Counted from the stretch's first letter, positions 8,160 through 18,200 are shown. The stretch is DNA of 64,000 nt from Candidatus Melainabacteria bacterium 17Bon1m (GCA_032128875.1 JAVLKG010000004.1:32001-96000), one strand, 5' to 3'. Numbers and translations: made by a program. The notes: a model not told the origin generated them from the letters alone.

Positions 8160-8938
8160 AATTTACCGCGAGCGTCAGCAAGTGGTAACCGACCGCCTCA
8201 AATCCAGAAAGCTGGGGCCGGACTGCGAAGGCTTGCTGATGGGACGAGGGAGCAGATGTAGCGTTTAGTCGTTGCGTCGAGCTCTTGTATCCGTGGCAAA
8301 AAGCAGCGATGCGGATTGAGAACGAAGTATATGCAATTGATATTGCGTGTATCTCTTTCTTGTCTTGCGCGTCCGACGGGGCTTTGAATCCCCTGATAAC
8401 ATCAGGGTTTTCAGAACCTGTGCAGCACTCCAGCTCTTGAATTGGCCGAGCGCACTTCCTAGTCAAGTGCGTGTCCTTCGGCTGGCCATCAGCATCCTAC
8501 GTGTCTATGCGTAGGATGCTTTGTGGTGTATATAATTTATCGGCAATGCATATACAATCGCTAGATCCGCGTGTTGAGCCAGTTTTCATGGCTTGTTCAA
8601 ACGATCGGATCGATCATGTGATCGCAGTTTTTCAATACCAGCTTAGCGCTGCGCCTTCGGAAAACCGCATGATTAAAAGAAAAACGGGGTACTTCACACC
8701 GTTGGATGTGCTTGGTATATTGAAAGAGTAAACGGTGAGCGGTTAAGCGAAGTAACCGCTTTGAGCCGAGGGACACTACGGAAACGGCAGATCGGCGCCG
8801 ATCGGAAACGACAGTAGGTGGTTCGCCCCGAGTGAAGGACTGACTGAATCTCGAGGAAATACTGAGCCCACAGCAATGGGCAGTCAGGCAGTAGCTTAAA
8901 CATCGCAGCGGAGCAATCCTTGCGATGTTTTTGTTTTT
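8160..8938 (+). ncRNA. Candidate large (~780 nt) highly structured non-coding RNA of unknown class
   Basis: No credible ORF; many local and long-range helices with G.U pairs on the + strand, GNRA-type loops, CATAAT -10-like box at 8146-8151, terminator at 8898-8938. Confidence 0.7.
8898..8938 (+). terminator. Intrinsic terminator closing the candidate ncRNA
   Basis: AAACATCGCAG-C-GGA-GCAA-TCC-TTGCGATGTTT followed by TTGTTTTT. Confidence 0.8.
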
Positions 8939-8954
8939 GCAGGTTTTTCGAAAA

Positions 8955-9008
8955 GGTTGTGTGTAACACGCCCAAAGAAACACGGTCGACGCATGGCGTC
9001 GACCCTAC
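8955..9008 (-). repeat. GTAG-type REP hairpins (one intact, one degenerate)
   Basis: GGTCGACGCATGGCGTCGACCCTAC at 8984-9008, identical to 31338-31362; degenerate GGTTGTGTGTAACACGCCC at 8955-8973. Confidence 0.85.
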
Positions 9009-9546
9009 AATAGAGACGTGCAAACCTCGCAGCGCCACTGAATATGGTGGCACGGTGAAAACACGTCAAAAAATGACCGGCATATACTTTGGCCGCATCA
9101 AGGCTTGTCGAATATTCGTATATATCTAGATTCGAACTTGTGAATGTTCAAACTTTTCAAAGTTCAAATTTTCCACAAGTTCTATAGATAAACAGTCGAA
9201 TTCTTTAGACTTTTGCTATCTTGAGCGAGCCTGAAAGTGGCTGCCAGTCAAAGACTTAGTTAATTTCATTAATACGAATGAAAAATCCAAACATATTTAC
9301 TCTTATGCCATCAAGGCATCTTTTGATTTCTGATCTTTTATAGATCGAGTATATGTTCGGATCCAGCCAATGTCAAGGAAATCAGACGCCGCGAAAACGC
9401 ATCGTTTCAATGTGTTTTTCGCAGTCAAATCTCATGCACGCGAGCCGGTTTCCTAGTACTTTTTCTCTGTGCACACACTACGTGTGAATTTTTCCAGGAC
9501 TCAGTTGCTGCGCGTATCTGAGTGATATTTGTTGGGAGTGCAAAGC

Positions 9547-10017
9547 ATGAACGTTACTTTGAAAGTGAAGCGTCTTCCTCACTGCAAAAATTTGCCCGCC
9601 TACGCGACAAGCGGTTCTGCTGGTATGGATTTGACTGCGGCCATCGAACAACCGGTAACAGTCGAGCCCAACAAGCGCGCGCAAATTCCAACTGGCATTC
9701 AAGTCGAGATTCCCGAAGGTTTTGAAGGGCAAGTGCGTCCCCGCTCCGGATTGGCTCACAAAGCCGGTATCAGCCTGACCAATTGTGTCGGAACCATCGA
9801 CAGCGATTATCGCGGCGAAGTCTGCGTGCTCATCATCAATCATGGCGAGCAAGCTTACACTTTCCAGCCCGGTGAAAAGATCGCGCAATTGCTCATCACG
9901 CCTGTTCCGCGCGTTGAGATTGTGGAAGTGGAAGAGCTTGCCGCGAGCCACGAACGCGGTGAGGGTGGCTTCGGATCTACGGGAAAGTTGATTCAAGCCG
10001 CAGGAGCTAGGGCTTAG
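9547..10017 (+). CDS. dut: dUTP diphosphatase
   Basis: GSAGMDL, RPRSGLA, GTIDSDYRGE, KIAQL, RGEGGFGSTG; ATG 9547 after GGGAG. Confidence 0.96.
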   Translation: MNVTLKVKRLPHCKNLPAYATSGSAGMDLTAAIEQPVTVEPNKRAQIPTGIQVEIPEGFEGQVRPRSGLAHKAGISLTNCVGTIDSDYRGEVCVLIINHGEQAYTFQPGEKIAQLLITPVPRVEIVEVEELAASHERGEGGFGSTGKLIQAAGARA

Positions 10018-10022
10018 ATACC

Positions 10023-10043
10023 GGGCGACGCATGGCGTCGACG
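10023..10043. repeat. Degenerate REP hairpin
   Basis: GGGCGACGCATGGCGTCGACG. Confidence 0.6.
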
Positions 10044-10228
10044 CATCAACTCAATCAAGACGTCGCTAGAGTCTAAAACAGCGCCTGCTGACACTGAAGA
10101 ATTGAACGTAACAAAGGGCTCGGGATAACCGAGTCCTTACGTTATATGGGGGATCTTGAAGGCTCTGGCCAGGTAAAATACCCCTTAACTCGTGTTTATT
10201 TCCTCCCGAAATGCCTGTATTTGGAGGC

Positions 10229-11080
10229 ATGGTGACTTCATCAGCCACATCAAAACCCATTAAAGTCGCGGTAGCCGGCATCAGCGGGCGCATGGGAAAA
10301 GCCTTTGTTCAGGCGTTTTTCAATGATCCCGTCATCAAAATCGTTGGAGCCTGGGGGCGCGAAAACGCCGAATATGTCGGACTTGACATAGGACAGGTCG
10401 CGGAAGTAGCCGGAGGGGCACGGACTGGTATACTTGTCAGCAGTGGATTTATCGAGTGTACAGCCGCCTGCTCGCCAGATGTCATTCTGGACGTAACCCA
10501 GGCGGAAGCAGCCTGGAGGACGGCAACATCCGCCATCGGCAAAGGCATTCGCCCTGTCATCGGTACTTCCGGACTGAGCCAAACGCATCTCAAGGAGCTT
10601 GCTAGCCTGGCTGAGAAGAACAGTGTTGGAGCAATGGTAGTGCCGAATTTTTCAGTCGGTGCTGTTTTGATGATGGAATTTGCGCGTCAGGCAGGGCGTT
10701 TCATTCCCAACGTTGAAATCGTCGAAATGCATCACACTCAGAAGATCGACGCTCCATCGGGCACAGCGATGCACACAGCTAATAAGCTCGCCGACAGTCG
10801 CAGTCATTACAACGCCAAGCGCGTGGAAGAGAAGGAGTTGATGCCGAGCGCTAGAGGCGCCGTTCATGCAAGCGGTGTGCGAGTGCATTCGCTGCGTTTG
10901 CCGGGCATGATCTCGCACCAGGAGGTTTTATTCGGATCGGAGGGAGAGTTGCTCTCAATCCGGCATGACAGCTTTAATACCAAGTGTTTCATCGAGGGTG
11001 AACGCATGGCTATTCAGCATGTTATGACACAAAACAAGCTCGTTGTCGGGCTTGATCAGATTTTATTTGGAAACGCATAG
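10229..11080 (+). CDS. dapB: 4-hydroxy-tetrahydrodipicolinate reductase
   Basis: GISGRMG, VIGTSG, PNFSVG, EMHHTQKIDAPSGTA; ATG 10229 after GGAGG. Confidence 0.96.
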   Translation: MVTSSATSKPIKVAVAGISGRMGKAFVQAFFNDPVIKIVGAWGRENAEYVGLDIGQVAEVAGGARTGILVSSGFIECTAACSPDVILDVTQAEAAWRTATSAIGKGIRPVIGTSGLSQTHLKELASLAEKNSVGAMVVPNFSVGAVLMMEFARQAGRFIPNVEIVEMHHTQKIDAPSGTAMHTANKLADSRSHYNAKRVEEKELMPSARGAVHASGVRVHSLRLPGMISHQEVLFGSEGELLSIRHDSFNTKCFIEGERMAIQHVMTQNKLVVGLDQILFGNA

Positions 11081-11103
11081 TACAGACGGAGGTTAGAGGA
11101 GAA

Positions 11104-12150
11104 ATGGCAGGCAATTCGAAGCGACCAGTGAATGTTGCGATTCTAGGAGCTACCGGACGTGTAGGTACCGAGCTGCTCAAGGTTTTGGAAGAACGCAAAT
11201 TCCCAATCGGTGAGCTCAAACTTCTTGCCAGCGCCCGCTCTAAAGACATGACCATCGAGTTCTGCGGCAAGCAGTACCCGATTATCGAACCGTCCGCCGA
11301 AGCATTCAAAGGCGTGGATATTGTTCTGGCATCAGCAGGTGCAGATCGCAGCCTCGAGTTTGCACCACTGGCAGTGCAAGCGGGCGCCGTCGTAATTGAT
11401 AACACCAGCGCCTACCGCATGGAAAAGGATGTTCCGCTGGTAGTGCCGGAAGTTAACGGCGAAGCCATCAAGGGTCACAAAGGGATCATCGCCAACCCCA
11501 ATTGCTCGACGGCACAGCTAGTTCCTGTGCTCAAAGTTCTCCACGAAATTGGTGGCTTGAAGCGCGTTATCGTATCCACCTACCAGTCCGTTAGCGGTGC
11601 CGGGAAGGAGGCGATGGACGAACTCCAAGCGCAGACGATGGCAATCGTCAACAACGAAGAGTATCCGCCGCAAGTTTTGCAAAAGCAAATCGCATTCAAC
11701 TTGATACCGCATATCGATAAATTCCTCGATAACGGCTATACAAAAGAAGAGTGGAAGGTGATTGAAGAAACCCGCAAGATTTTGAGCTTGCCGGATTTGC
11801 CTGTCACTTGCACCGCGGTTCGCGTGCCGGTCGCCATCAGCCACAGTGAAGCTGTAACGGTCGATCTCGAAAGAGAAGTAAGCCCCGCTCAAGCGCGCGA
11901 GGCTCTGGCTAACGAGCCGATTATCGAGGTTTGGGACGATCCTTCGAAGAACATCTACCCGACGCCGCTCGATGCAGCAGGACAAGATCCTGTATATGTC
12001 GGTCGTATTCGCCGCGATGCTTCGACGGAGAAAGGTCTCAGCTTGTGGGTTGTCGCCGACAACCTGCGCATCGGTGCCGCGCTCAATGCTGTTCGTATCG
12101 CAGAGTATTTGGTAGAGCACAACCTGCTCAAACAAGCAGTAGCAAGCTAA
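11104..12150 (+). CDS. asd: Aspartate-semialdehyde dehydrogenase
   Basis: GATGRVG, IIANPNCST, TYQSVSGAG, RVPV, DNLRIGAALNA. Confidence 0.97.
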   Translation: MAGNSKRPVNVAILGATGRVGTELLKVLEERKFPIGELKLLASARSKDMTIEFCGKQYPIIEPSAEAFKGVDIVLASAGADRSLEFAPLAVQAGAVVIDNTSAYRMEKDVPLVVPEVNGEAIKGHKGIIANPNCSTAQLVPVLKVLHEIGGLKRVIVSTYQSVSGAGKEAMDELQAQTMAIVNNEEYPPQVLQKQIAFNLIPHIDKFLDNGYTKEEWKVIEETRKILSLPDLPVTCTAVRVPVAISHSEAVTVDLEREVSPAQAREALANEPIIEVWDDPSKNIYPTPLDAAGQDPVYVGRIRRDASTEKGLSLWVVADNLRIGAALNAVRIAEYLVEHNLLKQAVAS

Positions 12151-12159
12151 GTTATCGCC

Positions 12160-12311
12160 GGGCGGCATATATGTCGCCCCTACTCAGGAGATGGGCTAGT
12201 CACCCGCAATTCGACAAGTGAGAAGCGTAGTGGCGATGCCATGCATCGCCCGCTAATGTAGGGTCGACGCCATGCGTCGACCGAAGCCGGCGAGCCGCCG
12301 GCGCTCCCAGG
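12160..12311. repeat. REP cluster: three GTAG-type hairpins plus a GGGAGCGCCGGC-type hairpin
   Basis: 12160-12183 GGGCGGCATATATGTCGCCCCTAC; 12227-12251 GTAGTGGCGATGCCATGCATCGCCC; 12258-12282 GTAGGGTCGACGCCATGCGTCGACC; then GCCGGCGAGCCGCCGGCGCTCCCAG. Confidence 0.85.
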
Positions 12312-12326
12312 GAAAAGGAGAGGAAA

Positions 12327-13238
12327 GTGATAGGCACAGACGCACCACTGTTCGGCAGAGTCATCACCGCGATGGTAACGCCCTTTGACGATTCTGACAA
12401 AATCGATTTCAAAGCAGTTGAGAAGCTGGTCAATCACCTGATCCAAACTGGCACCAGTTCAATCGTCGTGTCGGGCACCACGGGTGAAAGTCCGACACTC
12501 GACACGCACGAAAAGAAAGACCTTCTGAAGGCTGTTCTCGAAGTTTCAGGCAGCCGCGCTAAGGTCATCATGGGTAGTGGCTCCAATGACACGCGCAAGT
12601 CTGTGGAGGCGTCGCAAGAAGCTGAAAAGCTCGGCGCACAAGGTTTGCTCGTGGTGGCACCTTATTACAACAAACCGAGCCAAGCCGGTTTGCTCGCACA
12701 CTTCGGCGAAGTTGCTAACAACACTAGTCTGCCGATTTTGGTGTACAACATTCCGGGACGCACAGGTATAAACATCACCAGCGAGACAATGATCAAGCTC
12801 GCCGACAAGCACAAAAACATCCACGCTTTGAAAGACTCCACAGGCAGTGTCGATCAATCGGGCGAGATCGCTGGCGATGCGCGCAAGGATTTCCGCATTT
12901 ATTCCGGCGATGATTACCTGACTTTGCCTTTCCTCTCGGTCGGAGCTGCTGGTGTGGTGAGTGTTGCCAGTCATGTGGTCGGCAATCCGATCAAAGAAAT
13001 GTGCGATGCGTTTTTCGATGGCAAGCTAGATAAAGCTCGTGAGTTGCATTACAAGTATTTGCCGCTTTTCAAAGGTTTGTTCGCCGCACCCAACCCAACT
13101 TGCGTCAAATACGCGCTTAGCAAAATGGGTATTTGCAAGGAAAACTTGCGATTGCCGCTAGTTCCGCTCGATGCTCAACAAAAGGCTGTGCTCGACAAAC
13201 TCTTGGAACAGTCGGCGCCTTCTGCGTCTCCTGTATAG
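12327..13238 (+). CDS. dapA: 4-hydroxy-tetrahydrodipicolinate synthase
   Basis: TAMVTPF, GTTGESPTL, PYYNKP, YNIPGRTG, LKDSTG, SGDD. Confidence 0.97.
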   Translation: MIGTDAPLFGRVITAMVTPFDDSDKIDFKAVEKLVNHLIQTGTSSIVVSGTTGESPTLDTHEKKDLLKAVLEVSGSRAKVIMGSGSNDTRKSVEASQEAEKLGAQGLLVVAPYYNKPSQAGLLAHFGEVANNTSLPILVYNIPGRTGINITSETMIKLADKHKNIHALKDSTGSVDQSGEIAGDARKDFRIYSGDDYLTLPFLSVGAAGVVSVASHVVGNPIKEMCDAFFDGKLDKARELHYKYLPLFKGLFAAPNPTCVKYALSKMGICKENLRLPLVPLDAQQKAVLDKLLEQSAPSASPV

Positions 13239-13244
13239 CCTTAT

Positions 13245-13335
13245 CTAGACCGAGCTAGACCGACCTAATGCGGTCCAGACCAATACAGACCGAGATAGAC
13301 CGATGGAGACCGAGCGAGACTAATTTAGACCTGTC
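13245..13335. repeat. Degenerate 10-bp-period tandem array (AGACC core)
   Basis: AGAC recurs at exactly 10-bp phase in 8 of 9 consecutive units between dapA and rnj. Confidence 0.85.
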
Positions 13336-13379
13336 CAACGTGTCCAAACCCTAACCGAGCTTCTAAAGGTACTAATTCG

Positions 13380-15164
13380 ATGGCAAAACCGAGCGATTCT
13401 TACACCGAAGATGATGCGCCCAAGGCAAGCAAATCGAAAGTGGATACCAGCTCCAATACGATCAAGGTAATACCGCTGGGCGGGCTTGGTGAGATTGGGA
13501 AGAACACAATGGCAATAATGTGCGGCAACGACATTATGCTCGTTGACGCTGGGCTCGCTTTTCCTACTGAAGAACAGTTGGGCGTTGATCTTGTTTTGCC
13601 GGACATCACTTTTTTACGCGAAAACCAAGACAAAATTCGCGGGTTAGCCATTACCCACGGACACGAAGATCACATCGGCGGAATTCCATTTATTCTTCGC
13701 GACGTGACCATTCCTGTTATTTACGGACCGGCTCTGGCACTTGGTTTGCTTGAAGGGAAATTAAAAGAGAATGGGTTGGAAGAAACAACTGTTCTGCGCA
13801 AAGTAAAACCACGCCAGCAAGTAAAAATCGGTTGCTTCCAGGTTGAATTCATTCGCTGCACGCACTCAATTGCAGATTCGTTTAGTTTGATCATCAGAAC
13901 ACCGGTTGGAACGATCGTTCATACCGGCGATTTCAAGTTCGATTTCACTCCTGTTGATGGCGAGCAATTTGACATCGCTAGTCTTTCGCGAGCAGGAGAC
14001 GAAGGTGTTCTTCTCTTGATGAGCGACAGCACCAATACAGAGCGCGATGGATATAGCCCGTCAGAGCGTACTGTGTGGGCTAAGATCAATGAAGTCTTCT
14101 CGACTGCACCACATCGTATTATTGTCACGACATTCGCAAGCAACGTGCACCGAATTCGTCAGGTGTTGCAGGCTGCAATTAAGTACGAGCGCAAAGTCGC
14201 TATTCTTGGTCGGTCTATGCTCAATCTCGCCGGCATTGCGCGCGAACTCGGATATATGACTTTCCCGGATGGATTGCTGGTTCCTGTCGATCAGTTGAAG
14301 CAGTTGCCGCTTGATCAAGTTGTTATTCTCACAACTGGCAGTCAGGGCGAACCTCTTTCTGCGCTGAGTCGAATTGCAAACAACGAACACAAACAGATAA
14401 AAATCATTCCGGGCGATACGGTTGTAATTTCTGCAACACCAATTCCGGGCAACGAACGGTCTGTTGCAAACACCATCAATGCGCTGTTCTTGCGCGGTGC
14501 AAACGTCGTCTATGGGCGCGGTGCCGGTGTGCACGTAAGTGGACACGCTTGTCGTGAAGAACAGAAGCTGATGATCAATTTGTGCAAACCCAAATTTTTC
14601 ATGCCTCTGCATGGAGAATTTAGAATGTTGGTGCGTCACGCAGAACTCGCGGTCGAATGCAACGTAGATCCAGAAAACACTTTCGTGTTGGAAAACGGCG
14701 AAATTCTCGAAGTTTCTAAAGACAAAGCTCAGGTGACAGGCAGAGTTGATTCCGGCGTCATCTTGATTGATTCATCGCGGGCATTCGAGATTGACGAAAG
14801 CATTGTCGACCAAAGGCGTCACATTGCTGAAGATGGACTTGTGATGGTGGCAATGTCGGTTGACTCTACTTATAAGCTAGTAGCAGGACCGGATGTTTCA
14901 CTGCGCGGACTGATTCTTCCAAGAGGTTTGCCTGCTGAAGAATTTGTATTGAAAGTGCAAGAAGAATCGAAGCGCTTGCTGGAAGAAGTCGCGTCTAATC
15001 AGCAGATTCCGAAGGAAGCGATGAAACAGCAACTGGCAATGGGTCTTTCTGAATACTTCGAAGAGAACGTGAAAGCAAGTCCGCTAGTTCAGATCATTCT
15101 CAACGAAGTATCTTCCACGAAGTCACGCACGAGACAATCAACGAGCACCCGCGAAATTTCGTAG
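13380..15164 (+). CDS. rnj: Ribonuclease J
   Basis: PLGGLGEIGKN, THGHEDHIG, HTGDFK, TGSQGEP, HVSGH, PLHGE. Confidence 0.97.
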   Translation: MAKPSDSYTEDDAPKASKSKVDTSSNTIKVIPLGGLGEIGKNTMAIMCGNDIMLVDAGLAFPTEEQLGVDLVLPDITFLRENQDKIRGLAITHGHEDHIGGIPFILRDVTIPVIYGPALALGLLEGKLKENGLEETTVLRKVKPRQQVKIGCFQVEFIRCTHSIADSFSLIIRTPVGTIVHTGDFKFDFTPVDGEQFDIASLSRAGDEGVLLLMSDSTNTERDGYSPSERTVWAKINEVFSTAPHRIIVTTFASNVHRIRQVLQAAIKYERKVAILGRSMLNLAGIARELGYMTFPDGLLVPVDQLKQLPLDQVVILTTGSQGEPLSALSRIANNEHKQIKIIPGDTVVISATPIPGNERSVANTINALFLRGANVVYGRGAGVHVSGHACREEQKLMINLCKPKFFMPLHGEFRMLVRHAELAVECNVDPENTFVLENGEILEVSKDKAQVTGRVDSGVILIDSSRAFEIDESIVDQRRHIAEDGLVMVAMSVDSTYKLVAGPDVSLRGLILPRGLPAEEFVLKVQEESKRLLEEVASNQQIPKEAMKQQLAMGLSEYFEENVKASPLVQIILNEVSSTKSRTRQSTSTREIS

Positions 15165-15178
15165 TATTACCTGTTTTT

Positions 15179-15271
15179 GTGGGGGCGTGTTGCACACGCC
15201 CGTTAATGTAGGGTCGTGGGGGCGTGTTGCACACGCCCAATTTTTTTAGGTCGCATGTAATGCGACCCCAC
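15179..15271. repeat. REP cluster between convergent genes
   Basis: GTGGGGGCGTGTTGCACACGCCC at 15179-15201 and 15216-15238 with a truncated GTAGGGTC between them; GGTCGCATGTAATGCGACCCCAC at 15249-15271. Confidence 0.85.
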
Positions 15272-15299
15272 GCTCTGAAGACAACGCAAAGCGTCGAAA

Positions 15300-18200
15300 T
15301 TAATAAGACCGGTATGCGCGGCGGCTGGGGCTGACTTCTACTTCAACATAGCCACCACCTGCTGGTGCAGCCGGAGCTTTGTGTGCGACAGGAGCGCGTT
15401 TCGGTTTCTTTTTCTTCTTCGGTCTCGGTGGCGCTGCAGGCTTGACCGCCTCTTCATTTGCAGTAACAGCCGCTTTCTTCTCCTCTTCCTTGTTTTGATT
15501 AAAGGAAGGGAAACCGAACCAACCGCCAGTCGAATGTTCTTCTTTCTTCGGTGCCGGGTTTGGCGGTGCTTTTGCTGCTACAGGAGGCTTGGGTGCTGGC
15601 TTTGGTGGAGCGGGTTTTGGAGCCGCTGCCGGTGTCTTCGCTGTCTCTGGTGGCGTCGACGCAGTATTATCACCAGGGGTGGTGCCTTCGTCCGTGACAC
15701 CAGCAGCAGTAGCATTATTTGTAGTGCCTGAAGTTGCAGCTGTTGTGTCGCTCGAGTTAGGCGCAGTAGTCGAATCAGTTGAATTCGCGGTCGAACTGTT
15801 CGCGTTATTTGTGTCTGTGCTCGGAGCAGTCGCAGACTGCGCACTTTCAGTCGATTGTTGATTGTTTGAATTAACGTTGGTCAACAACCAAGTTGCAATA
15901 CCAATTCCAGCGAAAATAAATACAGCAACTGCGACACCGGCGATGAGCAATCCCTTTCCGCCTTTCTTCGCTTGCGGCGCAGAACCATCGAAGTTATCCG
16001 TGCCTTCGTCCGGAGCGTATTCTTTGTCAACAAACGTGGGCAAGCGTCCGCGTTTTTTCGCGCCTTTTGGTGGAGCAGAATGTTCTGATGAAACAGAAAG
16101 GCTGGCAGAGCTTGCTGTTGGTGATGCAACTTCGGTTCCACCTATGTTGTCCGGCATGCCGGTACCAGTAGGCATACTCGCCGAAATCCCCAGGTCGTTC
16201 ACCAAGGTGTTGTTGTCGTTGAACATCTTGCCAAAGTCGACCGGCGCAGAAGAACTCATATTTGTCCAAGGCACCTCCCCTGGTGCATCTGCATTGGGCG
16301 ACGGACTGCCAGGCAACACTGGCGAAATGCGCGAGCTGGATACTTTTGATGCATCTTGAGACTGCGGGTCTGGCGCACCAACATGCGAAATTCCGGGCGG
16401 TGCCTGACCAAACACCGGACCTGTTTGCGGTGCCCAAGCGTTTGCTCCGAATGATGGAGCTGCAGAACCATCTGGTTTTCCAGCACTCGGTGGTGCCGCA
16501 CCAGGCGCACCAAAACCTCCACTCGACGGTCCACTTGAAGCGCTTTGAGCCGCTGGTCCACCTGGCGCACCAGTCATGCCACCTGGCGCACCAGTCATGC
16601 CACCTGGACCACCTGTCCCACCACCTGGTGTAAATGGCGGTGCTGTGCCGGGCGCACCAAAGTCGGCTGCTGCCGATTGTCCAGCAGATCCAAAATCTGC
16701 GCGAGGCTTGAAGTCATCCGGGTTCGAGATCCACGGTACTTCCTGCTTTGCATTCCAATCTGAAGGAACAGGCTGATTTGGTCTTTCTGGCACGACAGCT
16801 TGCTTTGCACTCCAATCAGCAAAAAGCTGCTGGTCAGGCGTTTTTGCAGTAGGTGCAGATGTTGCCGGAGATGGTGGCGGTGTTGTCGGAGCTGGAGCCG
16901 GAACCGGTTTTGGCGGTTGTGCGGGAGCATTCAATGCACCAGGATTAACCGGCGTTGTTGGCTTGGCACCAAATGGTTTCGACCCAGGGTTGAGACTTTG
17001 ATTCAAGTCGGGCGCCGGCCATGTCGATACAGGAAGCGAATCGTGTTCGTCGCTCGAACCATCACTTTGCTTGTTTTGACGACGATCTACAACCGGAACA
17101 ACCTTCGGACCAGGTTGGGGAACGGTCGATTGAGTTGCGGGCGGGGGCATCGACTTAAAGTCGAGCTTGGTCGTTTCTTCCTTCGGCGCTCTACCAAGTT
17201 CTTCTTCGAGCTCCGGCGTAATTTCGATTGATTTCGCATCATCGCCCAGACTGTCACCAAGCGTTTTCGCGATCGCTTGAATGTATGCAACGTCCATTTT
17301 TGTTAGCGATGCACGAGGATTTGGTTTGGGAATCTTCGCGAGCGCTTCCGGCGAAAGCGGATGCGAATTGATATCAACCGCGACGTATCCTTTCGGCGCG
17401 TCCTTTCCAACGGGAGCCGCTTGCTGTGCCGTTGCGTCGCCGGTGGGCAAAGATGCGGAGTCATCAAACGGAGGCTTCGGCTGATTATTTGGCAACGTTG
17501 TCGCCGCATCGAATTGTTTTGGTGTGGCTGATTGTCCAACACCCGGCGGTGGAGTGAAATTTCCTTGTTGAATTGCTTGGTCTGGAGCCGCCTGTGCAGC
17601 TGCACTCTGTCCTGGTGCACTTTGTCCCGCTGCAGTCGGTCCCGCCGAAGTTTGTACAGCTCCGGCACCAGCCCCCGCACCATTTTGCGGCATTGCAGGT
17701 TGTCCCTGCATAGACTTTGTCGGCTTCGGACCGACATTCTTTGCCCACTGCGCGATTTCTGCATCGTCGCTATTCGGCGCCCAGAGCTTGATCGCGTTGT
17801 GGAAATCTTTCATCGTCTGATAACGAAGATCTGGATCCTTCGCCATTGCAATCGCCAAAATCTGGTGCGCGAGATTGTCATCTTTCAGAGAAGGGACAAG
17901 GTCACCGAGTTTTGGTGGCTCTTGCGAAACGTGCATGTTGCGAAGTTCTTCCAGCGATGACGCTTTGAAAGGTAACTGACCGGTCAACCCCTGGAACATA
18001 ACAACTGCCAGCGAATAGATGTCTGATCTCGCGTCCAGCTCTTTTCCGTTCCAGCGCTCCGGACTTATATATGCAGGGCTGCCGCAGAGAGTGCCTGAAA
18101 GAGTGAGTCTTTCCATGTCGCCTTGCAGCAATGCAAAGCCGAAGTCCAGCAAGCGCACGCGTTCATCGGTCTTTTCACGCGGTAGAAGAATAATGTTGTC

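Noticed and set aside
8763-8824. GAGCCG...TGGTTC resembles group II intron domain V
   Set aside because: The enclosed region is too long, and there is no clear domain VI, host gene or reverse transcriptase
8853-8875. GAGGAAATACTGAGCCCACAG resembles the RNase P RNA 5' signature GAGGAAAGUCCGGGC
   Set aside because: GUCC is missing, no matching 3' P4 strand is visible, and the motif lies at the 3' end of the element
8071-9129. Short overlapping ORFs across the structured region
   Set aside because: Weak starts, no recognisable motifs, mutually overlapping; better explained as chance ORFs in a structured RNA
9160-9180. oriC call from TTTTCCACA
   Set aside because: Only one clear box and no dnaA/dnaN nearby
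10060-10228. Possible lysine riboswitch upstream of dapB-asd-dapA
   Set aside because: Only one strong hairpin (~10106-10143); the lysine aptamer consensus is not seen
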